Source of the DNA: Thermoplasmatota archaeon
GTDB lineage: Archaea > Thermoplasmatota > E2 > DHVEG-1 > B18-G2
Direction: 5' to 3'
Assembly: GCA_029259115.1 (NCBI GenBank)
Contig: JAPDJO010000018.1
Location: 17,937-81,936, forward strand
Length of the DNA: 64,000 nucleotides
Shown in pieces: positions 9,998 to 18,314 of this stretch. The notes under the pieces were generated by a model, which worked only from the letters and a program-made list of their open reading frames with translations, ran no database searches and had not been told where the DNA came from. The translations under genes were made by a program, and so were the position numbers. Positions within the stretch are counted from its first letter, which is position 1. Each line of letters starts with the position of its first letter.

Positions 9998-10032
9998 TAT
10001 TTAAACATTTTGCGACATTTTGACATGTCGCA
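9998..10032 (-). promoter_or_regulatory. TATA box plus palindromic operator upstream of pilin 2
   Basis: Minus-strand TTTAAATA at 9998-10005; perfect TGCGACAT-N6-ATGTCGCA at 10011-10032. Confidence 0.55.
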
Positions 10033-10224
10033 TTCTAGCAAAATAGATTTGATTTCAAGAGTTTGGGTAACATCTAGATGCAATGATTCTTTTAAATCAG
10101 GGTTGCGAACACATTAACTTATTAGCTAACTCTAATATACAGACATATAGATCTCTATAATAATTGAATCAAAAAATAAAAGGAGAGAGATGTTTTTAGG
10201 TTTGTAGATTTGTCTCTTCTATGC

Positions 10225-10638
10225 CTAGCTCACATCTGAAAGTGTGTATGTTCCCATGAGAGAATTAGTGGGCTCGTATCTGATTGTTATTGTTATATCT
10301 CCGCTACAGGTTGTAGTTTCGTCGTCAAAATCGATTGTATCCCCTGCTGTTACTGTTCCCGATTTCTCTATATACTCTGTATTGGTTCCATCCGTGACCG
10401 TTATATTTATGTCGCTCCACGAGATTCCTGGATCTGCCGAAGAGACTTTGAGTGTGTTTTCTGACTCGTCTTTTATGAAGGTAACATTTGGTGTGCTTTG
10501 GGTTGTTCCAGATATCATACCAGACACGTAGACATACACTGCAGCAGCGATGGCTACTGTTATCGCTACCATCAGTATTACGCCTATCACTGCTGATACA
10601 GCCTCTTCTCCCTCTACAAATTTCCTATTCGCCTTCAT
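10225..10638 (-). CDS. archaeal type IV pilin (pilin 3)
   Basis: MKANRKFVEGEEA|VSAVIGVILMVAITVAIAA class III signal and pilin N-terminal helix; RBS GGGGTGA. Confidence 0.92.
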   Translation of the reverse strand: MKANRKFVEGEEAVSAVIGVILMVAITVAIAAAVYVYVSGMISGTTQSTPNVTFIKDESENTLKVSSADPGISWSDINITVTDGTNTEYIEKSGTVTAGDTIDFDDETTTCSGDITITIRYEPTNSLMGTYTLSDVS

Positions 10639-11106
10639 GTTTCGTCACCCCTATACGTTGACTGTCCAGGTTCCTAGCAATGTGTTTGTCGGTATGTATG
10701 TCAAAGTTACTTCTACTTCTCCGCTACCAACTACCTGTATGTAGTCTCCCGCTGTAACCTCATATTGATTAGCTGAGGATGCGCAGTGATCTAGGTTCCC
10801 TCCGCCCGTGTTCTTACCTATGTTAGCACCTGCCGAACTATTCACATATACCTTGCTAGCAGTACTTGTCAGTTTTATATCATACCAATCGATTCCAGGC
10901 TCTGCACTATTTATTATTATCTTATCTGCATCATTGTCAACTATACAAGCTATCGTCGGTGTGTGCTGAGTTGTCCCCGCTAGCATACCAGAAACATAGA
11001 CATACACTGCAGCAGCGATGGCCACTGTTATCGCTACCATCAAGATTACGCCTATCACTGCTGAGACAGCCTCTTCTCCTTCTACAAATTTCCTATTCGC
11101 CTTCAT
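10516..11106 (-). repeat. 123-bp direct repeat encoding identical N-termini of pilins 3 and 4 (10516-10638 and 10984-11106)
   Basis: Hand alignment: 7 differences in 123 nt, all synonymous; 41 identical residues. Confidence 0.9.
10651..11106 (-). CDS. archaeal type IV pilin (pilin 4, first in operon, probable major pilin)
   Basis: Same N-terminus as pilin 3; strong RBS AGGAGGAG upstream. Confidence 0.92.
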   Translation of the reverse strand: MKANRKFVEGEEAVSAVIGVILMVAITVAIAAAVYVYVSGMLAGTTQHTPTIACIVDNDADKIIINSAEPGIDWYDIKLTSTASKVYVNSSAGANIGKNTGGGNLDHCASSANQYEVTAGDYIQVVGSGEVEVTLTYIPTNTLLGTWTVNV

Positions 11107-11122
11107 ACTCTATCCCACTCCT

Positions 11123-11242
11123 CCTAGCCTTGCGGCAGCCTCTTTCAATTGCATAGGCTTTATGGTATTTATACGTTTCGTTTCGCTGCCACAAGGCTTG
11201 GTTTTTCATTGGAGAAAAAGGATATTAAAACCTATATATAAA
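11123..11242 (-). promoter_or_regulatory. pilin promoter and structured 5' leader
   Basis: TTTATATA at 11242-11235; 14-bp inverted repeat 11126-11139/11185-11198 with a single G-U pair in the mRNA, ending at the RBS. Confidence 0.65.
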
Positions 11243-11291
11243 TCTTACCATTTAAATTAAAATCATATTTATAAAATTTAGTGAATTTTGA

Positions 11292-11717
11292 TTACTCCAT
11301 AAGATAACTTCTCCTTATCTCCTCCATGAACATCTCTATATCTGTAAGATGATCTCTGACTATTTCTACTATTCTGTTAGAATCGAGTGTTCCATATCTA
11401 TGAATCAAAAGATTTCTGAATCTCGCCATAAGAGATAACCTCTCGGCAAGATCTTTAGGAATAACCTTGCTCTCTCCAAGCACTTTAAACATATCGGCAT
11501 AACTTTCTGCTCTCCTGAGTCTTTCTGAAGAAATTATGTGATTAGCTATATCTATGCATGCCTCTATCATCTCAAATAAAGAGAATTTGAGTGCCTGATA
11601 ATCCTTGTAACTATTCTCTAAATCCTCTGGTTCTATGTCGGAGTAATTATCTCTGATAAAGTCAAGATTTCTCTCTATTATATCAAACTTCCCCTCTATG
11701 AGATCCTTATCAACCAT
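11292..11717 (-). CDS. HepT-like HEPN ribonuclease toxin (DUF86)
   Basis: IEACIDIANHII, RNLLIHRY (RX4HXY motif); downstream of MNT. Confidence 0.9.
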   Translation of the reverse strand: MVDKDLIEGKFDIIERNLDFIRDNYSDIEPEDLENSYKDYQALKFSLFEMIEACIDIANHIISSERLRRAESYADMFKVLGESKVIPKDLAERLSLMARFRNLLIHRYGTLDSNRIVEIVRDHLTDIEMFMEEIRRSYLME

Positions 11718-12096
11718 CTTTAAACCTCATCCTATCATACTCTAGAAAATAAGGTTTCATATCGATGTAGGTTTTTGTGATATATGTCTCGAATCTCACC
11801 CTCTCTTTTTCATCCCTTGAAAATATCAGTTTTCCATACCTCAAAACCTGATTTAGGAATCTTATAGGTTTGTTGTTTAATATTACCACTTCAACATCTT
11901 TGAGTTTTGCGTTCTTCTCTATCTCCTCAGCCAATTTTACTTCATAGAAGATGTCTGGTTTGAAATCTTTTGATAGATATACTCCTATATCCACATCACT
12001 TCTTTCATTATAATCTCCTCTTGCTTTCGAACCATAGAGATACGCAAATAGTATCTCGCTGTGTTTTCCTAGTATCTTCCTTAACTTTTTGATCAT
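11710..12096 (-). CDS. minimal nucleotidyltransferase antitoxin (MntA-like)
   Basis: YLYGS.ARG......SDVDIGV (GSX10DXD). Confidence 0.9.
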   Translation of the reverse strand: MIKKLRKILGKHSEILFAYLYGSKARGDYNERSDVDIGVYLSKDFKPDIFYEVKLAEEIEKNAKLKDVEVVILNNKPIRFLNQVLRYGKLIFSRDEKERVRFETYITKTYIDMKPYFLEYDRMRFKDG

Positions 12097-12204
12097 TCAT
12101 CAGTAAAGGTTTTTGTTCCTGTAAAAATATTTCGGTGAAATCTCAAAGATTGAGAAAATCATAATGTATAGAAATCATTTTAAACTACCGCCAAGTTATG
12201 TAGG

Positions 12205-12567
12205 ATGATGGAAGAAATCAAAAAGATGGTTGATTCTATCAAAACTTATCCTGAAGTTGTCGCTATCATTTTATATGGTTCTCACGCAAAGAATAAAGCT
12301 AATCCTCTATCTGATATCGATATAGCGGTTATAGTAAAGGACGAGAAGATAGAAGCAGAGATTGGAAGTTTTTCCTCAAACAAGTTTGATGTGGTTCCTT
12401 TTCATAGATTGCCTCTCTACATACAGTTCGAGGTGCTAAAAGATGGAAAGATACTATTTTTGAGAGATAGAAACTACTTTAACAGGATAAAGAGGAGAGT
12501 AATAAGAAATTATCTTGAGATGTCTGAAATGTACAGAAGGTTTGAGAGGAGGGTAATGTCAAGATGA
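12205..12567 (+). CDS. minimal nucleotidyltransferase antitoxin (MntA-like)
   Basis: ILYGSHAK......SDIDIAV (GSX10DXD), LPLYIQFEVLKDGK. Confidence 0.9.
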   Translation: MMEEIKKMVDSIKTYPEVVAIILYGSHAKNKANPLSDIDIAVIVKDEKIEAEIGSFSSNKFDVVPFHRLPLYIQFEVLKDGKILFLRDRNYFNRIKRRVIRNYLEMSEMYRRFERRVMSR

Positions 12568-12965
12568 GGTTATCTATCATCATATCCAGAATAGAAATAC
12601 ATGTAAAAAGAGCCAATGAATTGATGAATAGAGATCTATCTGACGATGTGGTATTCAGTGCTCTATCCATGGAATGTTTTCAAGCCATAAACTCAGCCAT
12701 AGACTTGGGAGAGCATCTTGTATCTAAACACAATCTCGGGATACCCTCTACATACAGAGAGATATTTGAGATACTTCACAAAAATAAGATAATAAACGAG
12801 GAAATTCTTAATGGAATGAAGAAACTCATCTTTTACAGAAATCTCATAGCCCACGAGTATTATACCATAGAAGTGAAGGATTTGAAAGAGATTGTAGATA
12901 TGCTCAATATTCTTCTCGATCTTGTGGAAAGTGTGAAAAGGTATGAGAGTGGTTTGGGTAAATGA
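12564..12965 (+). CDS. HepT-like HEPN ribonuclease toxin (DUF86)
   Basis: P.TYREIF.IL, RNLIAHEY (RX4HXY); ATGA overlap with MNT. Confidence 0.9.
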   Translation: MRLSIIISRIEIHVKRANELMNRDLSDDVVFSALSMECFQAINSAIDLGEHLVSKHNLGIPSTYREIFEILHKNKIINEEILNGMKKLIFYRNLIAHEYYTIEVKDLKEIVDMLNILLDLVESVKRYESGLGK

Positions 12966-13061
12966 ATTTAGGGGGAGCGTTATTCTACCAAGATTTTTCC
13001 TCATTAATAAACTCTAACGAAATATTTATAGACGAAAATCTCCTTCTAGTTTTGGGATGGG

Positions 13062-15185
13062 ATGCTAAACAGAGAATTAGATGATTTAGAGGAAAAGTTA
13101 AGATTTATTCACGAAACAATAGATAACTTGTTTAGAGAAGAGACCACACCAAAACCTCCATCCTTTGATGATATCACAGAAGAGATAGATAATGTTATAT
13201 CAAGAGGAGAATATGGAGCATTTCTAAGAGAACCTGATCTAACTCCAAAACTTCCATCTCCATTTGAGAGAAGACCAAGGTTACCGAAACCTTCGAGAAT
13301 AAAGGAAGAAACGTTTGTTCCAACTGTACAAACAGAACTTCCCTTCCTTATATGCGAGAACTTTGATAGGGTTGAAGAACTGCTGCTAAATCCTTCCTTC
13401 TCTGCTGTATCACTCAATAGAATAGAAGAAATCTCTACATCTGATTTTCTCACCTTCGAATCAAAGATGTTCAGCTTTAGCGAGTCCAAACAGATTCTGA
13501 AACCAAGAAGAGAAAAAGCTACAAAAGCTATAGATGGGTTACTTAAAGAGAGGGAAGAAAGAGTAGAAGAGGTTCCGACTCCACCAGATAAAGAAGTTGT
13601 AGAGGAAAAGAAAGGTTTTGGATGGAAAGGGCTGGGAACTAGATTGATAGTTTACGACAAAAAGTTGAAGGAATACAAGTATGTGGTAAGAGAGCCAGAG
13701 CTTACCGAAGAAGAGGAGAAGATCAAAAATGAGTTGATCAAATTATTCAAACTTCTTGCTGATGTGCCTGTCTTTGATGTTGATGAAAAGGAAAAACAAA
13801 AGATACTGGAAGAATCTTTGGATCAAATCATAAAGGATAACGGGATAAAGATTCCAGAGGAATCAAAGGATAAGATATTCTACTACATAATGAGGGATTT
13901 TGTTGGTTATGGGAAGATAGACATACCGATGAGAGATGGAGAAATAGAGGATATCTCCTGCGACGGTTATAGTGTACCAATATTTGTACATCATAGAAAG
14001 TATCAGTCTATAGAAACGAATATCAGGTTCAAAGATGGAGAAGAACTCGATTCCTTTGTTGTAAGGTTAGCTCAGATCTGTGGTAAGCAGATATCTGTGT
14101 ATTCTCCCATTGTTGACGGAAAACTACCAGATGGTTCAAGATTACAGGCTACTCTATCAAAGACTGTAACGAAAGAATCAACATTTACTGTTAGAAGATT
14201 TAGAGAGGATCCATTAACTCCTATAGATCTAATAGAGAGTAACACCATGTCCCTCGAGATGGCAGCCTACTTCTGGTTAGCAATAGAACATGGAGCTTCT
14301 ATCCTATTCTGTGGTGGCACAGCGAGTGGAAAGACCACTACTCTAAATGCCCTCTCTCTATTCATACCACCATCTCACAAGATAATCTCTATAGAAGATA
14401 CCAGAGAAGTAAATCTCCCACACAAGAACTGGATAGCTGGAACAACCAGGGAAGGATTCTCGACTGCCGAGACAGAAAAGACAGGTAAAGATATAGACAT
14501 GTTCGATCTACTGAGAGCTGCTTTAAGGCAGAGACCTAGGGTTATAATAGTCGGAGAGGTCAGAGGAAGAGAGGCTTACGCTCTCTTTCAAGCGATGGCT
14601 ACAGGTCATACTTCCTATGCAACCATACACGCTGGTAGCATACATACCTTAATCCAAAGATTAGAGAATCCACCCATCTCTCTACCAAGAGCTTTGCTCA
14701 CATCTCTAGATATCATTGTTTTCATCAATGCCATACCCGTTGGAGATAAACTCATAAGAAGGATTACAAGTGTAACCGAGATAATAAAGATGGATCCTGA
14801 CACCAAGCAACTCATCTTCATGCAACCTTTCAGATGGGTATCCAAAGTAGATGATAGATTTGAATGTACAGGTAGCAGCAAGGTTTTGATGGATATAAGA
14901 TTAGTAAATGATTGGGATGAAAAGAGATTGCAGGAAGAGATAAAGAATAGGATGAAGGTCCTGGAGTGGATGGTCAAGAATAAAGTCAGATCGTACAAAG
15001 AAGTTGGTGCGATAATAGCTGAGTACTACAAAGATCCAAAATCTGTACTTAAGAATCCAGGGGCTGTACTAAAAAGACTGAAAAAAGAGGAAGAAAAGAG
15101 AGAGGAGAAAAAGGAGGAGGAAACAGAGATAACCGGAAAGAGATCATTCCTTGATATCTTTAAATTTAGGAGGAAGAAGAAATGA
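13062..15185 (+). CDS. type IV pilus assembly ATPase (archaeal VirB11/FlaI-like)
   Basis: IEDISCDG, LPDGSRLQ, Walker A GGTASGKTT, SIEDTRE, ALRQRP..IIVGEVRG, TGH..YATIHA. Confidence 0.95.
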   Translation: MLNRELDDLEEKLRFIHETIDNLFREETTPKPPSFDDITEEIDNVISRGEYGAFLREPDLTPKLPSPFERRPRLPKPSRIKEETFVPTVQTELPFLICENFDRVEELLLNPSFSAVSLNRIEEISTSDFLTFESKMFSFSESKQILKPRREKATKAIDGLLKEREERVEEVPTPPDKEVVEEKKGFGWKGLGTRLIVYDKKLKEYKYVVREPELTEEEEKIKNELIKLFKLLADVPVFDVDEKEKQKILEESLDQIIKDNGIKIPEESKDKIFYYIMRDFVGYGKIDIPMRDGEIEDISCDGYSVPIFVHHRKYQSIETNIRFKDGEELDSFVVRLAQICGKQISVYSPIVDGKLPDGSRLQATLSKTVTKESTFTVRRFREDPLTPIDLIESNTMSLEMAAYFWLAIEHGASILFCGGTASGKTTTLNALSLFIPPSHKIISIEDTREVNLPHKNWIAGTTREGFSTAETEKTGKDIDMFDLLRAALRQRPRVIIVGEVRGREAYALFQAMATGHTSYATIHAGSIHTLIQRLENPPISLPRALLTSLDIIVFINAIPVGDKLIRRITSVTEIIKMDPDTKQLIFMQPFRWVSKVDDRFECTGSSKVLMDIRLVNDWDEKRLQEEIKNRMKVLEWMVKNKVRSYKEVGAIIAEYYKDPKSVLKNPGAVLKRLKKEEEKREEKKEEETEITGKRSFLDIFKFRRKKK

Positions 15186-16048
15186 GGTCAACCCCTTACA
15201 GCAGGATGTGTAAGAGGATCTTCAAGAAAATTTTCGAGAAGCTCAACATAGAGGAAGACGAAAAAAACCATCTTCTGGAAATGGCTGATATAAGAATGAC
15301 CTATGAGGAATACTACTCTATGGCAATCATGAATATGATAATAGCCTTTGTGTCATCTATCATTGTTTCTTTCGTCATCTATAATCTCTTTCCTTCGAAT
15401 ATTACAGCACTTGTTGTGTTCCTTCTTCCATCCATGTTGACCTTGATTGTATCAAGCTACTATCTTTCTCTACCAGATTCTAGGGCAAAAGCCAGGGCAA
15501 GGAAGATAGATATCCTTCTTCCTTATGTCACCAATTTCATAGCAACTATGTCCTCGGCAGGCATATCTCCAGGTGAGATTTTCAAAAGACTATCCACGGT
15601 TGATCTCTATGGAGAGATACAGAAGGAAGCTAAGAAGATAGCCAAAGAGATATACATCATGGGAACAGATACCGTAACTGCATTAAAGCATGCGATAGAG
15701 AGATCTCCATCGAGAAAATTCAAGGATTTTATCCAAGGGATAATATCTACAATTCAATCCGGTAGTGATCTAAATGAGTACTTTAAAAACATCGTTGATA
15801 AGTACATGCAAGAAGATTTGTTAGAGAGAAGGAAGAATTTGGAATCTCTAGCGATAATAGCTGAGATTTTCGTTATCTCGGTGATAGCCTTTCCATTATT
15901 TCTAGTGATAATAATATCAACCATGAGTTTGACATCGAGTGGAGGAGCTATTCCTTTCGATTTTCTCTATATACTATCCCTACTTATTCTTCCTATGGCA
16001 TACTTTGGATTTTATGTTCTCATGAAATCAACAGCGGTGGAGGTATGA
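15182..16048 (+). CDS. type IV pilus membrane platform protein (TadC/T2SS F family)
   Basis: TM pairs, ID..LP....F.A.MSSAG, RSPS..F..FI.G; coupled to ATPase. Confidence 0.9.
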   Translation: MRSTPYSRMCKRIFKKIFEKLNIEEDEKNHLLEMADIRMTYEEYYSMAIMNMIIAFVSSIIVSFVIYNLFPSNITALVVFLLPSMLTLIVSSYYLSLPDSRAKARARKIDILLPYVTNFIATMSSAGISPGEIFKRLSTVDLYGEIQKEAKKIAKEIYIMGTDTVTALKHAIERSPSRKFKDFIQGIISTIQSGSDLNEYFKNIVDKYMQEDLLERRKNLESLAIIAEIFVISVIAFPLFLVIIISTMSLTSSGGAIPFDFLYILSLLILPMAYFGFYVLMKSTAVEV

Positions 16049-16929
16049 TAGGAAAAAAGTATAACCTGAAGAAGATATACAAGGAAGGGAGGCAAGATCT
16101 ACCAGTTATACTGATAAGTGCCTTTCCAACAACTATTTTTATCATCATAGCCTTTTTTTCTCTTATGGGAATGACTAGTTTTTCCAAAGATAATGTAGTA
16201 GATTTTATTCTCTTAGCGATCCTTTCCTCGCTGGGTCCAATAGGGTTTTATAACTATCACAAGCTAAGAATAAAAAGAAAGATAGAGGAAAAGCTACCCG
16301 ATTTCCTTAGAGAGATAGGCAGCTCCACATCATCTGGAATGACTGTATTCGATGCTGTCAGATCTGCATCAAAGAGAGATTACGGGCCATTAACCAAGGA
16401 GATAAAGATGATGAATGCTCAGCTTTCCTGGGGAATATCTGTAAAAGAAGCTCTTGTAAATTTCTCCAAAAGATTAAAATCCCCACCTGTAGAGAGAGCT
16501 GTTCTCACCATAAATCAAGCTTTGGATATGGGCGGCAACACCTCAGAAACTTTTTTCGCTGCAGCCAAGGAAATAGAGCAGATAAAACTCATAGAACAAC
16601 AAAGGCGAACAGAGATGTCAATGTACAGTATAGTGATTCTTCTGAGCTTCTTCGTTTTTCTTGCTGTGATCTTGATAATCAATCAAACAATCTTTGCCGA
16701 GTTTTTCAAACTTCAAAAAGAAATCGGTGGAGCAAGCATGGGAGGATTTGGTTTGGGGCATATAGACAAAGATGCTCTTAGGTATGCTTTTTTCTCTTTT
16801 ACCTTTGTCCAGAGTATAGGAGCTGGATTGCTTGGAGGATTCATGATGGATGGTAACCTTTCGTCGGGCGTGAGATATAGCTTTATTCTTCTGCTAACTT
16901 CTTTCATAGCTCTCAGGTTCTTGATGTAG
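16045..16929 (+). CDS. type IV pilus membrane platform protein (TadC/T2SS F family)
   Basis: IEEKLPDFLREI, DYGPLTKEI, LSWG.S..EAL, GG. Confidence 0.9.
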   Translation: MIGKKYNLKKIYKEGRQDLPVILISAFPTTIFIIIAFFSLMGMTSFSKDNVVDFILLAILSSLGPIGFYNYHKLRIKRKIEEKLPDFLREIGSSTSSGMTVFDAVRSASKRDYGPLTKEIKMMNAQLSWGISVKEALVNFSKRLKSPPVERAVLTINQALDMGGNTSETFFAAAKEIEQIKLIEQQRRTEMSMYSIVILLSFFVFLAVILIINQTIFAEFFKLQKEIGGASMGGFGLGHIDKDALRYAFFSFTFVQSIGAGLLGGFMMDGNLSSGVRYSFILLLTSFIALRFLM

Positions 16930-16973
16930 AGAGGTTTAAATAATAGGAGGGACAAAGATATATCTGAGGAGGG

Positions 16974-18314
16974 ATGAAATTCAGATCCATACTCAGAGAT
17001 AACTATGCATTATCATCCCATGTACTAGATACAGCTCTGCTTCTAGGTATAGCTATAATAGCGTTTGGTGTTGTATCCTCAAATTTTTTTCCCTTAATTC
17101 TCCCAACCCATCCTCCAAATGTTGATCTATCTGCTTACATAAGAGGAGATTATGTATTTATAGAGCACATGGGTGGAGAGAGCTTAAAGTATAATAAAAC
17201 GAGAATAATCGTAAGTATAGGCGATGAAGCTAAGAATAAACCACCACTTATCGAAAAGAATAACAACGGTTTGTGGGAATGTGGTGAGTATGTATGCTAT
17301 TTTTACAATACCACCGATTTAGTGAGTATACTAGTTATAGACGAAGAGACAAATTTTATACTCTTGCAAGGTAATCTGAAGAGAGGAGAGGTTTCATGGA
17401 TAGGAGCAACACCTCCTATCTTGGTATCTAGTTTAAGAACCAACAGCGATGATGAAGATCTCATATGCTATGCTTTGCCTCAGGAAAACTTCAACGCAAA
17501 AACATATATTTACAACTGGAAGAAGAATGGAGAATCCATATTCGAGGTTCTCCTCCCATTTGACAGTCAAAGCAATAGCCTTGCAAAGGACTACTCTGGA
17601 AATGGTTATGATGGCACAGTAGATGGTGCAACATGGATAGCCGATGGCAAAGTGGGTGGAGCCTACAGTTTTGATGGTATAGACGACAAGATAGGAATAT
17701 CTTTACCAAACGTATTCAGGGATTTAAGCAATAACTTCACGATCTCTCTCTGGATAAGAAGTAGGGATATAGTAACGAATAGCACCAAAATAAAAACAAT
17801 AGTTGAGATATACATAGATGAAAACAACTCCCTACAGATATTCCAATACAACTCTTCCTTCCAATTTGGATTTAAGGTAAATGGGGACAAAAAACAGGCT
17901 TTGAGAACGTCAGAGTTGCAAGAAAACCAGTGGTATTTCTTGAGCATAGTATGGAACTCTGGAAGTCCTTTGGTATATCTGAATGGCACCTTGAATATGT
18001 CGCCTGGCGCAAGAGAATATCCAGAAGGAAATAAAAGTAGTCTTGTCATTGGTCAATTGAGTAATGGAAATAATAGCTTCAATGGAGACATAGATGAGTT
18101 CTATATCTATAGATATGCCAGATCTTCTCAACAGGTGTACCAAGATTATCTGGACACGAAAGATGGATCATCTGATCACAGAACCTTGGTTGCAAGTGAA
18201 ACTAGCTTGGGTGATGCTTGGTCATGCACAATTACACCTAACAACTCATTAACAGATGGGGACACCATAGATTCTGAGGTTCTGGTTATCCAAGCATATG
18301 GGGGTGGGACATGA
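16974..18314 (+). CDS. pilin-like protein with LamG/concanavalin-like domain (probable minor pilin/adhesin)
   Basis: Class III-like N-terminus, IEHMGGESL and WECGE pilin-domain motifs, then DYSGNG..GT..GATW..G..GGAYSFDG.DD and FNG.IDEF.IY LamG motifs. Confidence 0.8.
   Translation: MKFRSILRDNYALSSHVLDTALLLGIAIIAFGVVSSNFFPLILPTHPPNVDLSAYIRGDYVFIEHMGGESLKYNKTRIIVSIGDEAKNKPPLIEKNNNGLWECGEYVCYFYNTTDLVSILVIDEETNFILLQGNLKRGEVSWIGATPPILVSSLRTNSDDEDLICYALPQENFNAKTYIYNWKKNGESIFEVLLPFDSQSNSLAKDYSGNGYDGTVDGATWIADGKVGGAYSFDGIDDKIGISLPNVFRDLSNNFTISLWIRSRDIVTNSTKIKTIVEIYIDENNSLQIFQYNSSFQFGFKVNGDKKQALRTSELQENQWYFLSIVWNSGSPLVYLNGTLNMSPGAREYPEGNKSSLVIGQLSNGNNSFNGDIDEFYIYRYARSSQQVYQDYLDTKDGSSDHRTLVASETSLGDAWSCTITPNNSLTDGDTIDSEVLVIQAYGGGT

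Noticed and set aside
10071-10159. Short palindromes CATCTAGATG and TATAGATCTCTATA
   Set aside because: Short and AT-rich; could arise by chance
9167-11106. Archaellins or DGR target/template repeats
   Set aside because: Proteins are short pilin-type with no archaellum accessory genes; repeat differences are synonymous, not adenine-specific, and there is no reverse transcriptase
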